DNA of 64,000 nt, taken from Octopus sinensis. Lineage: Eukaryota. Made by a program: the position numbers and the translations under genes. The notes under the pieces were generated by a model. The model was given only the letters and a program-made list of their open reading frames with translations. It did no database searches and was not told where the DNA came from. Shown one piece after another: positions 29,857 to 42,400 of this stretch. Numbering within the stretch: position 1 is the stretch's first letter; each line of letters begins with the position of its first letter. The DNA lies in assembly GCF_006345805.1 (NCBI RefSeq), contig NC_043024.1, forward strand, positions 14,694,001-14,758,000. The letters run 5' to 3'.

Positions 29857-30401
29857 CATTTGTTCTTTTTTGATATCTTTCTACAGAAATATTAACAGGA
29901 AGCAAAATATAAATTGAATATAAATCAATTCTGAGATTTCTCTTCAACTACTATTCATCAAGCATTATCATATAAACATATTAATGTTATGTTCTGTTGT
30001 GTCTGGGGAGAGTCATTTTATTTTTGTGCCTTATAATGTAACACACTCACTGGTAAAATTTCCACTTATTTCTTAATTTTATTTTCCTAAAATTTTTGTT
30101 GCATCTTTCAACCTTTTCAATAGTCTTGACTCTGGAAAACAGTCAAAACTATTGAAAGGTTGCAAGACGCAACAAAAATTTAAGGAAAATAAAAATAAGT
30201 GGAAATTTTACCTGTGAGTGTGTTAAATAATAAGGCACAAAAAGAAAATGACTCTCCCCAGACACAACAGAATATGCTTCAACACACGAACTCATATAAA
30301 GAATCTTGCAAACCAAATCCAAACACAAAATATTAATGTTATTTTTATTTAAAAAAACAGACATCATCTTATTTAACATTTTACTCTTTCCACCTGAATA
30401 G

Positions 30402-30461
30402 CTCCCATACAGCCTTCTTCTTCCATTGTAACTACACAACCAGTTACACCTCATATAACAG
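30402..30461 (+). CDS. Microexon A1, 60 nt (APIQPSSSIVTTQPVTPHIT)
   Basis: ttttactctttccacctgaatag|CT...ATAACAG|gtaaagt; phase 1-1; three paralogous exons keep the frame. Confidence 0.8.
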
Positions 30462-30534
30462 GTAAAGTATTTAACCACATGAATCACTTCTTCAAATATT
30501 TTCTTTATATATAGAACTTCTATAAGTACTATTT

Positions 30535-31290
30535 GTGGAGGCACGTGGCTTAGTGGTTAGGGTGTCAGCATCATGATCGTAAGATTGTGGTTTCGATTCC
30601 TGGACCGAGCGACGCGTTGTGTTCTTGAACAAATCACTTCATTTCACATTGCTCCAGTCCACTCAGCTGGCAAAAATGAGTAACGCTGCGATGGACTGGC
30701 ATCCCGTCCAGTTGGGGAACACATACACCATTGAAACCGGGAAACTGGGCCCATGAACCTGGCTAGGCTTTAAAAAGGCACAAGTAGAGGTGTGTGGCTT
30801 AGTGGTTAGGGTGTCAGCATCATGATCGTAAGATTGTGGTTTCGATTCCTGGACTGGACAATGCATTGTATTCTTGAGCAAAACACTTCATTTCACGTTG
30901 CTCCAGTCCACTCAGCTGGCAAAAATGAGTAACGCTGCGATGGACTGGCATCCCGTCCAGTTCGGGAACACATACGCCATTGAAACCGGGAAACTGGGCC
31001 CATGAACCTGGCTAGGCTTTAAAAAGGCACAAGTAGAGGTGTGTGGCTTAGTGGTTAGGGTGTCAGCATCATGATCGTAAGATTGTGGTTTCGATTCCTG
31101 GACTGGACAATGCATTGTATTCTTGAGCAAAACACTTCATTTCACGTTGCTCCAGTCCACTCAGCTGGCAAAAATGAGTAACGCTGCGATGGACTGGCAT
31201 CCCGTCCAGTTCGGGAACACATACGCCATTGAAACCGGGAAACCAGGCCCATGTGCCTGGCTAGGCTTTAAAAAAAGGGTGCATTTATTA
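30535..31290 (+). mobile_element. SINE family D, head-to-tail trimer (about 249-bp period)
   Basis: Three copies of gtggcttagtggttagggtgtcagc...gtttcgattcc...aggctttaaaaagg; flanked by tataagtactattt / tataagtgctattt (putative TSD). Confidence 0.85.
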
Positions 31291-31436
31291 TTTTTATAAG
31301 TGCTATTTACAAACAAAACACTATTCTTGCCCTTTTCTTACCTTTTAAGACTACATTTGTAGGAATTATGTCATCAGTTACCCTTTTGGCTTTCTGTGAT
31401 TGTTCATATTATTTGAATGATATTTTATTTACATAG

Positions 31437-31852
31437 ATGTAGCTGCATGGCTGTGTGGTAAGAAGCTTGTTTACCAACCACATGGTTCCGGGTTCAGTCC
31501 CACTGCGTGGCACCTTGGTTAAGTGTCTTCTACTATAGCCTCGGGCCGATCAAAGTCTTGTGAGTGGATTTGGTAGACGGAAACTAAAAAGAAGCCTGTC
31601 ATATATATGTATATATATATATATATATATGCGTGTGTGTGTTTGTGTGTCTGTATTTGTCCCCCTAGCATTGCTTGACAACCGATGCTGGTGTTTACGT
31701 CCCCGTTACTTAGCGGTTCGGCAAAAGAGACCGATAGAATAAGTACTGGGCTTACAAAGAATAAGTCCTGGGTTCGATTTGCTCGACTAAAGGCGGTGCT
31801 CCAGCATGGCCGCAGTCAAATGACTGAAACAAGTAAAAGAGAGAGTAAAGAG
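31437..31852 (+). mobile_element. SINE family A
   Basis: tggctgtgtggtaag...ggttcagtccc head, (TA)n(TG)n middle, gtaaaagag tail. Confidence 0.9.
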
Positions 31853-32133
31853 ATGCATACACATGCAGAGTTGCATTTCACATCACAGGTGAAACTTTAG
31901 CTCTTCATCAGAAACGTAAACATTAAAAAACATGCCTAGAAAATCTTTAAAATGGGACATTAAAAAAAAGGTAAAGAGCGTATCAGGTCAACACTGCATT
32001 TAAATGAGCACAAGTGAGATATGTTAGAGATTTCATACACAAGACTACAGAAATAAAGATGACCTTAGATTGAGTGGGTATGATTTTTCTTGAAAATAAT
32101 ATATATTACATTTTCTATATCTTAAAATTTCAG

Positions 32134-32175
32134 CATCAACTACAGCAACTCCATATCCTGGTTCTACACAACAAG
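32134..32175 (+). CDS. Microexon B1, 42 nt (ASTTATPYPGSTQQ)
   Basis: ttttctatatcttaaaatttcag|CA...CAACAAG|gtttgt; phase 1-1. Confidence 0.78.
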
Positions 32176-32223
32176 GTTTGTGAATATAGTCATGTGATAT
32201 AAAACTTATGTTTATTTTGTAAA

Positions 32224-32289
<66 letters not shown>

Positions 32290-32291
<2 letters not shown>

Positions 32292-32760
32292 GGGTGGGGG
32301 AAAATTCACAAAAAAACAAAAGATGAAGACAGGTGGTGTAGACAACAAACATATGTATTGGTTTAACGCTCGGGAAGTGAAAAAGTCTTTAGAGTTTCAA
32401 GCCTACGCTCTCCCACAGAAAGAAACAAGGAGAGAAAATAAAGAATGTGTAGTGGCTAGTGATCTATCATGGCGAATGCCAGACAGAGGGATCACACAGG
32501 AGAGCTAGGAAAAAGGGGAGATAATAAAGTAGTGGTGATCCCAAAACGAAGGTGCACGTGTGTGTATGAATGTAAGAGACCATGTATGTGCATGTGGAAG
32601 AGGGCTGGTGACCCTGACATGTGTGTGTGTGTGGATGATGATGTGGGGCTGGGAAGTGGTCAGTGCTACTGTGTGTGTGGTGGTGTGATGTGGTGTTGTG
32701 TGGCATGGGGTGGTGGTGTGGAACCCTTTGTGAGATTGGCCACAATGATATTTATTAATG
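32290..32760 (-). mobile_element. Penelope-like pLTR remnant with a decayed hammerhead motif
   Basis: Reverse complement of 32388-32420 reads ctgtggga-gagc-gtag-gctt-gaaac. Confidence 0.4.
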
Positions 32761-33189
32761 TACACTTCAATAAGTGCACAGTATTAAATATCCATTATGG
32801 CCAACCTCACAAAGGGTTCGACAGAATGTTAGGTAACAGTCCAATTATGTAACCATTCTCTCTTCAGAGATGCAATTATGAATGAAATATGGCTACTGTT
32901 CTCTATTGTTGGAAGTGAACTTACACATCTGATTTGTTATTGCTGTGAAAAAGAAGATGAAACGGACCAAGTAAGGATTAAGTTAAGAGTTATGTCCCTT
33001 GGTTCCAAAGACCCCATTTCTGGGGGTGTTGCAAGTTAACAAGAATTTTCTGAAAAAGGAGTTTATGAGAAATACATGTATCTTTAACGTTAATGGTCTT
33101 GTAGAAATGGAATGTGTATGCATGTATGGTGTGTGTGTGTGTGTGTGTACGTATTTTCATATTTATATGTCTATGAGTATATTTTCATA

Positions 33190-33586
33190 TGGAGTGGCTG
33201 TGTGGTAAGTAGTTTGCTAACCAACCACATGGTTCCGGGTTCAGTCCCACTGCGTGGCATCTTGGGCAAGTGTCTTCTGCTATAGCCTTGGGCCGACCAA
33301 AGCCTTGTGAGTGGATTTGGTAGACGGAAACTGAAAGAAGCCCGTCGTATATATGTATATATATATGTGTGTGTATGTTTGTGTGTCTGTGTTTGTCTCC
33401 CTAGCATTGCTTGACAACCGATGCTGGCGTGTTTACGTCCCCGTCACTTAGCGGTTCGGCAAAAGAGACCGATAGAATAAGTACTGGGCTTACAAAGAAT
33501 AAGTCCCGGGGTCGATTTGATCGACTAAAGGCGGTGCTCCAGCATGGCCGCAGTCAAATGACTGAAACAAGTAAAAGAGTAAAGAG
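33190..33586 (+). mobile_element. SINE family A
   Basis: Near-identical to the other family A copies. Confidence 0.9.
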
Positions 33587-33713
33587 TATATATGTATGTA
33601 TCTACACAAGTGTACAACATGGGCAATGAAGTCAGATTGTGTGTGTATGTGCATATACACTGATTTGTCATGAATATAATGCAGATTACAATTTCTGTTT
33701 CCTAAAATTTCAG

Positions 33714-33754
33714 CATCATCTACAGTAGCCCCATATTCTGCATCTACACAAAAA
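33714..33754 (+). CDS. Microexon B2 (ASSTVAPYSASTQK), 41 nt as assembled, 1 nt short
   Basis: cctaaaatttcag|CA...CACAAAAA|gtttgt; compared with B1 the terminal exon G is missing. Confidence 0.5.
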
Positions 33755-33864
33755 GTTTGTGAATAAAGTCATGTAACTTAAAACTTATGCTTATTTTGTT
33801 AACCTATATGTATGTATGTAGGTATGCATGTACACAAATACATACATATACATGTATATAAGTA

Positions 33865-33903
<39 letters not shown>

Positions 33904-34154
33904 CATGTAATCAAAATAACAGGATGTCAAGTAGTAAGGCAGTACAACGACCCCAAGCGGCCCCTTCTAATTACACAATGCAATCATTACATCAATTCAA
34001 ATGCAGCGCTATCTTCAGCTGCAAAAAATATGGATTTTCAACAGATAAGACATATCAATATAATTTTTCTGAAATATCCTGACAGAGCAAGAGGATGAAA
34101 GAATTTCATGCTGTCACCATTGCAGCAAGAATAGCTAAGAGAAGAACAAATTAT

Positions 34155-35090
34155 AATCCCTATTCTGATGGCTGGTCCCTCTACTGAATCAGCATTTGGT
34201 AGGCTCTCCTCCTCCCACTCATTCTCCACATTCAATAGTCTTTTATAATGGCTCCTCCAAGCCTCTTTCTTTTCCAAATCATTAAAAGCAAGTGCACCAT
34301 TATCCATGCGGATGATTGTGACATCACAATTTTCTCTCACACACTGTCTTGCAATCCAAAATACTTCAGTTCTTTGGTCCTCACATCGCTGGACATTGGC
34401 AAACTTCTTTTCTGCTTCACCCTTAGCTATGTATACCTGTCACCCAGCCTCCCTTTCAGCTATCTGGTATAGTTCCCTGCTACCCCAACCCTTCCAGGTT
34501 TTCCAGGCCTGCTTCTTTGCTCTGATGGCTTTGTCTACCGTATTATTCCACCACCACGTTACTCTAGGTCTAGAAGGGACTTTGCACCATCTGCAGACTT
34601 GGTCTGTGGCACTCAGCAAGCTGTCCCGTAAGAATTTCCAGCTATCTTCTATGTCTGAGGACTGTAGTTCCTCCTCCCTCTCATCAAATTTCTTGATGAG
34701 AATGTCCCTAAATCTCTGACCATGTGAAGGGTTCTTTAGCTTCCAAATCCTTCTCTTCTGGATTGGTCTGCTTCTTGGCAACCTTCTGGTCTCAAATCGA
34801 AAGTCCCTAATGACTAGTCTATGCTGGAGGATGCATTCCTCACCTGGGATGGTCTTTGTATTTAAGGGCAACACTGCGCTCCACTGTCTGGTGAGGAAGA
34901 AATCAATCTGGCTAGCAGAGTCCCCTGATTGATAGATTATCAGGTGGCTGTCTGACTTCCTGAACTTCGTGTTCCAGATTAAAAGGTTATATGCATCAGA
35001 GAACTCCTGTAGCCTAGTTCCTGCATTGTTCCAGGAACCAATACCATGGGCCCCATGTACACCAGTGAAGATCCAGATTTCCATTGATGC
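34155..35090 (-). mobile_element. RTE-clade LINE fragment (APE endonuclease region and linker)
   Basis: ORF 34440-35084: GVHGAHGIGSWNNAGTRLQEF...NTKFRK...SQIDFFL...QHRLVIRDF. Confidence 0.88.
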
Positions 35091-35378
35091 TTATGGACAA
35101 CCACTCATTGTGGAGATAGTTCAAAAGACTGAACTTTCCAGTGTACATGAGATATGCACTATCAATCAATAGGTCACAAGTACAATCATTGAAAGTAACT
35201 GGGCTTCATCTGATAGGACAGTGCCTTTCTCATGGCCAGCTCTATGTTGGTTGTTCAGAGGTTGGGAATGGAAACAAGCCATTCCCCGAATGGAAAGATT
35301 AAAAATATTGTTTGTCATGCAGCTTTGCAAAAGTTGCAAATAGACAAATTTTATCATTGTTTTGATGAAAATTGTTAA

Positions 35379-35774
35379 TCTCTATATATAAAACTGAAGT
35401 TGTGTGAGTGTCTGTCTCCTACGATTTAGATTCCTAACTACTTCCACATTTTGCGGTGCAGTTTAACCAAAACCGGGTATCTTATAGTCGTGATTCATAT
35501 CGAGCCCGTCTGGGTATTAGCGCGTGTCTCCGATGAGTCTATGATTTTAAAAATAATTTACCATAATTTTTTTCCATTTTAAAGCATATTTTTTAAATAA
35601 AGGGAAGTAACTCTCTAAAAATGTCTACGATGAGTCAACGATTTAAAAAAAAATTTACCATAATTTTTTTTCCATTTTTAATGCATTTTTTGCTGTTTTT
35701 TGTCTATAACTCTCTAAAAATGCTTTATAGTTATTTCCCTTACAAACCCGAGCAACGCCGGGCGATACTGCTAG
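35379..35774 (+). mobile_element. Non-autonomous Helitron
   Basis: A|TCTCTATATATAAAACTG ... cccgagcaacgccggg hairpin ... CTAG|T. Confidence 0.85.
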
Positions 35775-36027
35775 TTGTTTATAAAATATTGCTCAAGTTT
35801 AATAAAATTCAATATGTTTTCAATGCATGAAGTGTTATTGTTGGGCCAAAGGCCCAATGAAGAGCCCTCCACAGGAGCTGGCTTAAAAGCCACACTATCA
35901 GGTGGCTTTTTAACTAGTATATATATATATATATATATATACATATGTATGTGTGAAAATATAATCATATGTATATATGTATGTGTGTATATATAATCAT
36001 ATGTATGTATGTATGTATGTGTGTATA

Positions 36028-36330
36028 TCCCCGTGATCACCGTGACCAACCAGGCTATCAGATGTTGCTACATATCGCTGGACACAATGTGCTTTGCCTT
36101 GTTTTAGCCTTCAAATGATGCCACCCCACTGGCTAAGCGAGCAGGCCAACAGAAGAAAGAGTGGGAGAAAGTTGTGGTGAAAGAATACAGTAGGGATCAC
36201 CACCACCCCCTGCCAGAGCCTCTTGGAGCTTTTAGGTGTTTTCACTCAATAAACACACACAACGCCCGGTCTGGAAATTGAAACCGCGATCCTACGACCT
36301 CGAGTCCGCTGCCCTAACCACTGGGCCATT
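36028..36330 (-). mobile_element. SINE family B variant (alternative 3' body)
   Basis: Family B head plus a body shared with 38886-39197 and 50258-50550. Confidence 0.8.
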
Positions 36331-36337
36331 GTGCCAT

Positions 36338-36368
<31 letters not shown>

Positions 36369-36369
36369 G

Positions 36370-36400
<31 letters not shown>

Positions 36401-36689
36401 ATGTCTGTGTGTGCATGCATATGGTAAGGAAAAAGGTTTATATTTCACTTTTGCCCTTGTTCATAAATATAAGAGAAAATCTGAGGAAAGTTCAAGAAGA
36501 AGATATTTAAAGAGGAAACAGTTTGTCATGTTAATACTGCTTTGAAATTACCACATGTGAGAATAGTTATAGATGTCATGCAGAAGAGTACAGAAAGGGA
36601 GATAAGGTTAGAGTGTGTCTGTGTGTCTGTATACAATGATTTGTCTTGAATATAATATATATCACAATTTCTATATTCTGAAATTTCAG

Positions 36690-36731
36690 CATCATCTACA
36701 GTACCTCCATACTCTGGATCTATACAGACAG
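36690..36731 (+). CDS. Microexon B3, 42 nt (ASSTVPPYSGSIQT)
   Basis: tttctatattctgaaatttcag|CA...CAGACAG|gttagt; phase 1-1. Confidence 0.82.
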
Positions 36732-36938
36732 GTTAGTGAATAAAAACTTGTTTACTTAGTAAATATAAACACACATAAAGACATACATACACACACACAC
36801 ACATATACACATATGGATATATGTAAATATATTATTTTGTTAATCTTCTTTTAATATACTATAAAGTATATTAAATATTTTTTGAGTTAATACTATGTTC
36901 TACTGTGTTACAAGAGCACTTTACATTATTTTTATTGT

Positions 36939-37151
36939 TTTATTTGCTTCGGTCATTTGACAGCGGCCATGCTGGAGCACCACCTTTAGTCGAGCACATC
37001 GACCCCCCAGGACTTATACTATGTAAGTCTAGTACTTATTCTATCGGTCTCTTTTGCCAAACTGCTAAGTTACAGGGACGTAAACACACCAGCATCGGTT
37101 GTCAGGCAATGTTGGGGGAACAAACAGATACACAAACATATACACACACAC

Positions 37152-37183
<32 letters not shown>

Positions 37184-38093
37184 GGCAAGACTAGTGAGAC
37201 CATAACCTGTGGCCTCTACCTGGTATGTAGCCAGTCGATTTATACATACCTTTCCTTCTTGGGACATAAAACTCCACTTGTGAAGACCCGTTGAGGCAAG
37301 TGAAAATCCGAATCAAAATCAAAATCAAATCAAACCAAATCAAATCAGATATCAGAAAGCAGAACCAAAATCGAAGTCGATCAACATCAATGGAAATTGC
37401 GGCTGTGATACCAATGCCGGTGACAAGTAAGCGAACCATATCGATCGTGACCGTTGCCAGCGTCGCCCCGACTGGCTTCCGTGCCAGTGACACGTAAAAA
37501 GCACCATCTGTTCGTGGCTGTTGCCAGCCTGGCCTGGCCCCCGTGCCGTTGGCACGTAGAAAGCACCATCCGTTCGTGGCCATTGCCAGCACCGCCCCGT
37601 CTGGCCTCCATGCCGGTGGCACGTAAAAGCACCATCCGTTCGTGTCCATTGCCAGCGCCACCCCGTCTGGCCTCCATGCCGGTGGCACGTAAAAGCACCA
37701 TCCGTTCATGGCCATTTGCCAGCTCCGTCTGGCTCCTGTGCGGGTGGCACGTAAAAAGCACCCACTACACTCGCAGAGTGGTTGGCGTTAGGAAGGGCAT
37801 CCAGCCGTAGAAACACTGCCAGATCAGACTGGGCCTGATGCAGCCTTCTGGCTTCACAGACCCCAGTTGAACCGTCCAACCCATGCTAGCATGGAAAACG
37901 GACGCTAAATGATGATGATGATGATGATGATATATATATATACACATATATACGATAGGCTACTTTCAGTTTCCGTCTACCAAATCCGTTCACAAGGCTT
38001 TTGTCGGCCCAAGACACTTGCCCAAGGTGCCACACAGTGGGACTGAACCCGGACCCATGTGGTTTGTAAGCAAGCTACTTACCACACAGCCGC
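36939..38093 (-). mobile_element. SINE family A split in its (TA)n middle by an RTE 3' end
   Basis: 3' half at 36939-37170, 5' half at 37931-38093. Confidence 0.75.
37170..37930 (+). mobile_element. RTE-type LINE 3' end with about 63-bp tandem repeats and an (ATG)n tail
   Basis: ggcacgtaaaagcaccatccgttcgtggcc... repeated; ends ggttggcgttaggaagggcatccagc...atgatgatg. Confidence 0.75.
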
Positions 38094-38150
38094 ACTAAGT
38101 TTTAACATTCTAGCCCACTTCCAGTTTACAGTAGTGCTTGGAAGGAATGT

Positions 38151-38872
38151 GTGTAGTGTCTGATCATCGCATTGACCGTGATAGAGAAAGTTGTCATGGC
38201 AATACCTGTTCAGAAACCGACACAAAGTTGCAGAAAGTGCATGGAGAGGAGTGTATGAGTTGCACTCAAGTGTACAAGTGGTTCAGACGTTTCCAAGATG
38301 ACTGAAAAAATGTCGATATTGCCGAACATTCTGGGAGACCCACAACCGGTAGGACTGAGTAAAACATCACAGATGTGCATGGAGCTGTGAGGGGAAATCA
38401 TTGAATCACCATTCATGAGAGGATGTGCAGATTAGTTACGGTTCAGTTCAGTCCATCATCACTGAAGATTTGGGTATGAGACGAGTGTCTTCCAAGTTTG
38501 TGTCAAAGTTGCTTTCAGCTAAGCAAAAGGACACTCAGGTTTCAGTTGCAGAAGATCTCCTTGATTGTGTCAAGAATGATGAAAACTTTTTGAAACCTCT
38601 GCATAAGCCTCTGAGCAGGTGTCACCAAGCTTTTGGCAAAATTTGATGCAGATTCTCTCCTCAGTTTTCTGGCCATGGTCAATGTGGTGATCACACGCTA
38701 CATGCCTTCCTTCCTAGCACTGCTGTAAACAGCAGAAGTGAGCTAGAACATTAAAACTTAGTGCACATGCACAGCAGAGTTCAAAGGTCAATGTGTGCTA
38801 AGCAGCTTTTCTCTGAATGCTTTAGCTTCGTTATTATGGCAACAGTCCGGATACTTATTGATCAGACCACAT
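38151..38872 (+). mobile_element. Degenerate mariner fragment
   Basis: ISYGSVQSIITEDLGMRRVSSKFVSKLL resembles the mariner N-terminal region; right end ccggatacttattgatcagaccacata. Confidence 0.7.
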
Positions 38873-38885
38873 ATATATATATATC

Positions 38886-39197
38886 ACCATTATCACCGTG
38901 ACCAACCAGGCTATCAGATGTTGCTACACATCGCTGGTCACAATGCGCTTCGCATTGTTTTTTAGCCTTCAAATGACGCCACCCCGCTGGCTAAGCGAGC
39001 AGGCCAACAGAAGAAAAAGTGAGAGAAAGTTGTGGCAAAAGAGTACAGCAGGGATCGCCACCACCCTCTGCCAGAGCCTCTTGGAGCTTTAGGTGTTTTC
39101 GCTCAATAAACACTCACAACGCCCGGTCTGGGAATTGAAACCGCGATCCTACAACCACGAGTCCGCTGCCCTAATCACTGGGCCATTGCGGCTCCAC
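38886..39197 (-). mobile_element. SINE family B variant
   Basis: Same as 36028-36330. Confidence 0.8.
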
Positions 39198-39386
39198 ATA
39201 TATATATATATATATATATATATGTAAGTGTCTGTGTTTGTCCTTCACCAATGCTAGACAACTGGCATTGGTGTGTTTACATTCTATTAACTTAGCAGTT
39301 CGGCAAAAAGAGTAGGCCCCAGCCTTTAAATAATGTACTGAGATAAATTCATTAGACTAAAAGTTATTCAAGGTGGTGCCCCAGCA

Positions 39387-39486
39387 NNNNNNNNNNNNNN
39401 NNNNNNNNNNNNNNNNNNNNNNNNNNNNNNNNNNNNNNNNNNNNNNNNNNNNNNNNNNNNNNNNNNNNNNNNNNNNNNNNNNNNNN
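39387..39486. other. Assembly gap (100 N)
   Basis: Run of N. Confidence 1.
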
Positions 39487-39733
39487 CCACTTTTGCCCTT
39501 GTTCATAAATATAAGAGAAAATCTGAGGAAAGTTCAAGAAGAAGATATTTAATAAGGAAACAGTTTGTCATGTTAATACTGCTTTGAAATTAGCACATGT
39601 GAGAATAGTTATAGATGTCATGTACAGAAGAGTACAGAAGGGGAGATAAGCTTAGAGTGTGTCTGTGTGTCTGTATACAATGATTTGTCTTGAATATAAT
39701 ATATATCACAATTTCTATATTCTGAAATTTCAG

Positions 39734-39775
39734 CATCATCTACAGTACCACCATACTCTGGATCTATACAGACAG
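39734..39775 (+). CDS. Microexon B4, 42 nt (ASSTVPPYSGSIQT)
   Basis: tctgaaatttcag|CA...CAGACAG|gttagt. Confidence 0.8.
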
Positions 39776-40199
39776 GTTAGTGAATAAAAACTTGTTTACT
39801 TAGTAAATATCAACACACATAAAGACATACACACATACACACACACATATACACACATGGATATATATAAATATATTATTTTGTGAATCTTTTATCAATA
39901 TACTATAAAGTATATTAATTATTTTTTTAAGTCAATACCATGTTCTACTATTTTAAAAAAGCTCTTTACATTATTTTTTCCACTAAATAATGTAAAGTAC
40001 ATGGCTAACACAGTAGAGCTTGGATTTAACTTATAAAAACATGTACATAATATTTAATAGTATTCTCTGGGTGCAGAAACACAGACAGAAATGTATATGT
40101 GCTATGCAGAAACATATGTCGCAAGGCATTATAGTACAATATAAAAATTTCCATCCACAAATCATTATCTTCATTGATATGTATATATATATATATATA

Positions 40200-40697
40200 A
40201 AAATAGTAATGCAATACGAGAGTATTGCTTTCCAGTAAAGAATAGCCCATGAGGGAAAATTATACATAGAAGTAAATATATGGCACAACGAAGTTCCGAT
40301 ATTTACTGGAAAATAGCGAACGTAATAAATACGACGCTAATGTATAGCTTCACTGCGTATGTACTAGCAAAAATGCGTGTGCAACAAACTTGAAAAAAAT
40401 TGTTTTACCTCCAGGGAGAACATCTGAAAGATGAAATACCTAGATAGGGATAATGTGGGACCGGTTTCAGATTTTTAAAGATATGTCTCCAAACATATAC
40501 TTGATTTATCTTCATCAGCCAACATATACCCGACAACATTTCAGATGTTGCCACATCAATGCCAATACACTCGACTGAAACGCCAAAACGCTGACAGAAG
40601 TTTCAATAAAAATAGTAATGCAATACGAGAGTATTGCTTTCCAGTAAAGAATAGCCCGGTAAAGAATATCGGTACTCGTTGTGCCATATATTTACTT
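40200..40697. mobile_element. Penelope-like element remnant (direct plus inverted terminal repeats)
   Basis: Direct repeat aaaatagtaatgcaatacgagagtattgctttccagtaaagaatagccc at about 40200 and 40609. Inverted pair at about 40270-40303 and 40665-40697. Contains the hammerhead. Confidence 0.6.
40453..40525 (-). ncRNA. Type I hammerhead ribozyme (minimal Penelope type)
   Basis: Minus strand: AUGUUGG-CUGAUGA-AGAU(...AUAUGU-loop-ACAUAU...)AUCU-GAAA-CCGGUC-CCACAU. All core nucleotides are present, with palindromic stem III ACCGGU and a GUC cleavage triplet. Confidence 0.7.
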
Positions 40698-41030
40698 ATA
40701 TATATATATATGCATATATATATACACACACATGCACATATATTGATGTATATGTAAGACAAGAAGTATAAGGAAAAAGGTTTATATTTCACTTTTGCCC
40801 TTGTTCATAAACATAAGAGAAAATCTGAGGAAAGTTCAAGAAGATATTTAAAAAGGAAACAGTTTGTCATGTTAATACTGCTTTGAAATTACCACATATG
40901 AGAATAGTTATGGATGTCATGCAGAAGAGTACAGAAGGGGAGATAAGCTTAGAGTGTGTCTGTGTGTCTGTATACAATGATTTGTCTTGAACATAATATA
41001 TATCACAATTTCTATATTCTGAAATTACAG

Positions 41031-41072
41031 CTTCATCTACAGTACCTTCATACTCTGGATCTATACAGACAG
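41031..41072 (+). CDS. Microexon B5, 42 nt (ASSTVPSYSGSIQT)
   Basis: tctgaaattacag|CT...CAGACAG|gttagt. Confidence 0.8.
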
Positions 41073-41499
41073 GTTAGTGAATAAAAACTTGTTTACTTAG
41101 TAAATATCAACACACATAAAGACATACACACATACACACACACATATACACACATGGATATATATAAATATATTATTTTGTGAATCTTTTATCAATATAC
41201 TATAAAGTATATTAATTATTTTTTTAAGTCAATACCATGTTCTACTATTTTAAAAAAGCTCTTTACATTATTTTTTCCACTAAATAATGTAAAGTACATG
41301 GCTAACACAGTAGAGCTTGGATTTAACTTATAAAAACATGTACATAATATTTAATAGTATTCTATGGGTGCAGAAACACAGACAGAAATGTATATGTGCT
41401 ATGCAGAAACATATGTCGCAAGGCATTATAGTACAATATAAAAATTTCCATCCACAAATCATTATCTTCATTGATATGTATATATTTCTTTATATATTT

Positions 41500-41847
41500 T
41501 TATGTGCCGGTGGCACGTAAAAAGCACCATCCGATTGTGGCCGTTTGCCAGCCTTGTCTGGCCCCCGTGCCGATGGTACGTAAAATCTCCATCCGATCGT
41601 GGCTGTTTGCCAGCCTCGCCTGGCCCCCGTGCCGGTGGCACGTAAAAAACACCATCCGATCGTGGCCGTTTGCCAGCCTCGTCTGGCACCTGTGCCGATG
41701 GCACGTAAAAAGCACCCACTACACTCATGGAGTGGTTGGTGTTAGGAAGGGCATCCAGCCATAGAAACATTGCCAGATCAGACTGGGCCTGGTGCAGCAT
41801 CCTGGCATGGAAAGCGGACGCTAAACAATGATGATGATGATGATGAT
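41500..41847 (+). mobile_element. RTE-type LINE 3' end (tandem repeats, (ATG)n tail)
   Basis: Same family as 37170-37930. Confidence 0.75.
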
Positions 41848-42059
41848 TTGTTTCTATTAAGATTACTGCAAGCAGCTAGATCTCATTAATCTCAGGGGGC
41901 ACACTTCCAATCTTTATTCTCGCTACTCTTTTCCTGAGGTATGTTGGATGGAGTGCCCATTTTTCCATTTTTAGTGTTACAGTATTTTACTGCCTCCTCC
42001 ACAGCAGGAAAACACACCTCCGCTGTTCAAAACTTTCTTCCTCTGCAGTAAAATTCAAC

Positions 42060-42400
42060 ATCACTTCTTACATCTGTGGCCATGCTGGTGCACCGACTTT
42101 AGGCGAGCAAATTGACCCCAGGACTTATTCTTTGTAAGCCTAGTACTTATTCTATCAGTCTCTTTTGTTGAATTGCTAAGTTACTGGCATGTAAACACAC
42201 CAGCATTGGTTGTCAAGTGATGTTGGGGGGACAAACATAGACACACAAACATATACACATACATACATATATACAACGGGCTTTGGTCAGCCCGAGGCTA
42301 TAGTAGAAGACACTTGCCCAAGGTTCCACGCAGTGAGACTGAACCAGAACCATATGGTTGGTAAGCAAGCTACTTACCACACAGCCACTCCTGCGCCTAT
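42060..42400 (-). mobile_element. SINE family A
   Basis: Reverse complement of the family A consensus, slightly deleted. Confidence 0.85.

Noticed and set aside
29935-29985. Conserved block reading DFSSTTIHQALSYKH upstream of each A exon
   Set aside because: The paralogous copy at 45620 has an in-frame TAA, the 50030 copy lacks the AG, the 48500 copy is split by a SINE, and there is no consistent donor. It is duplicated intron.
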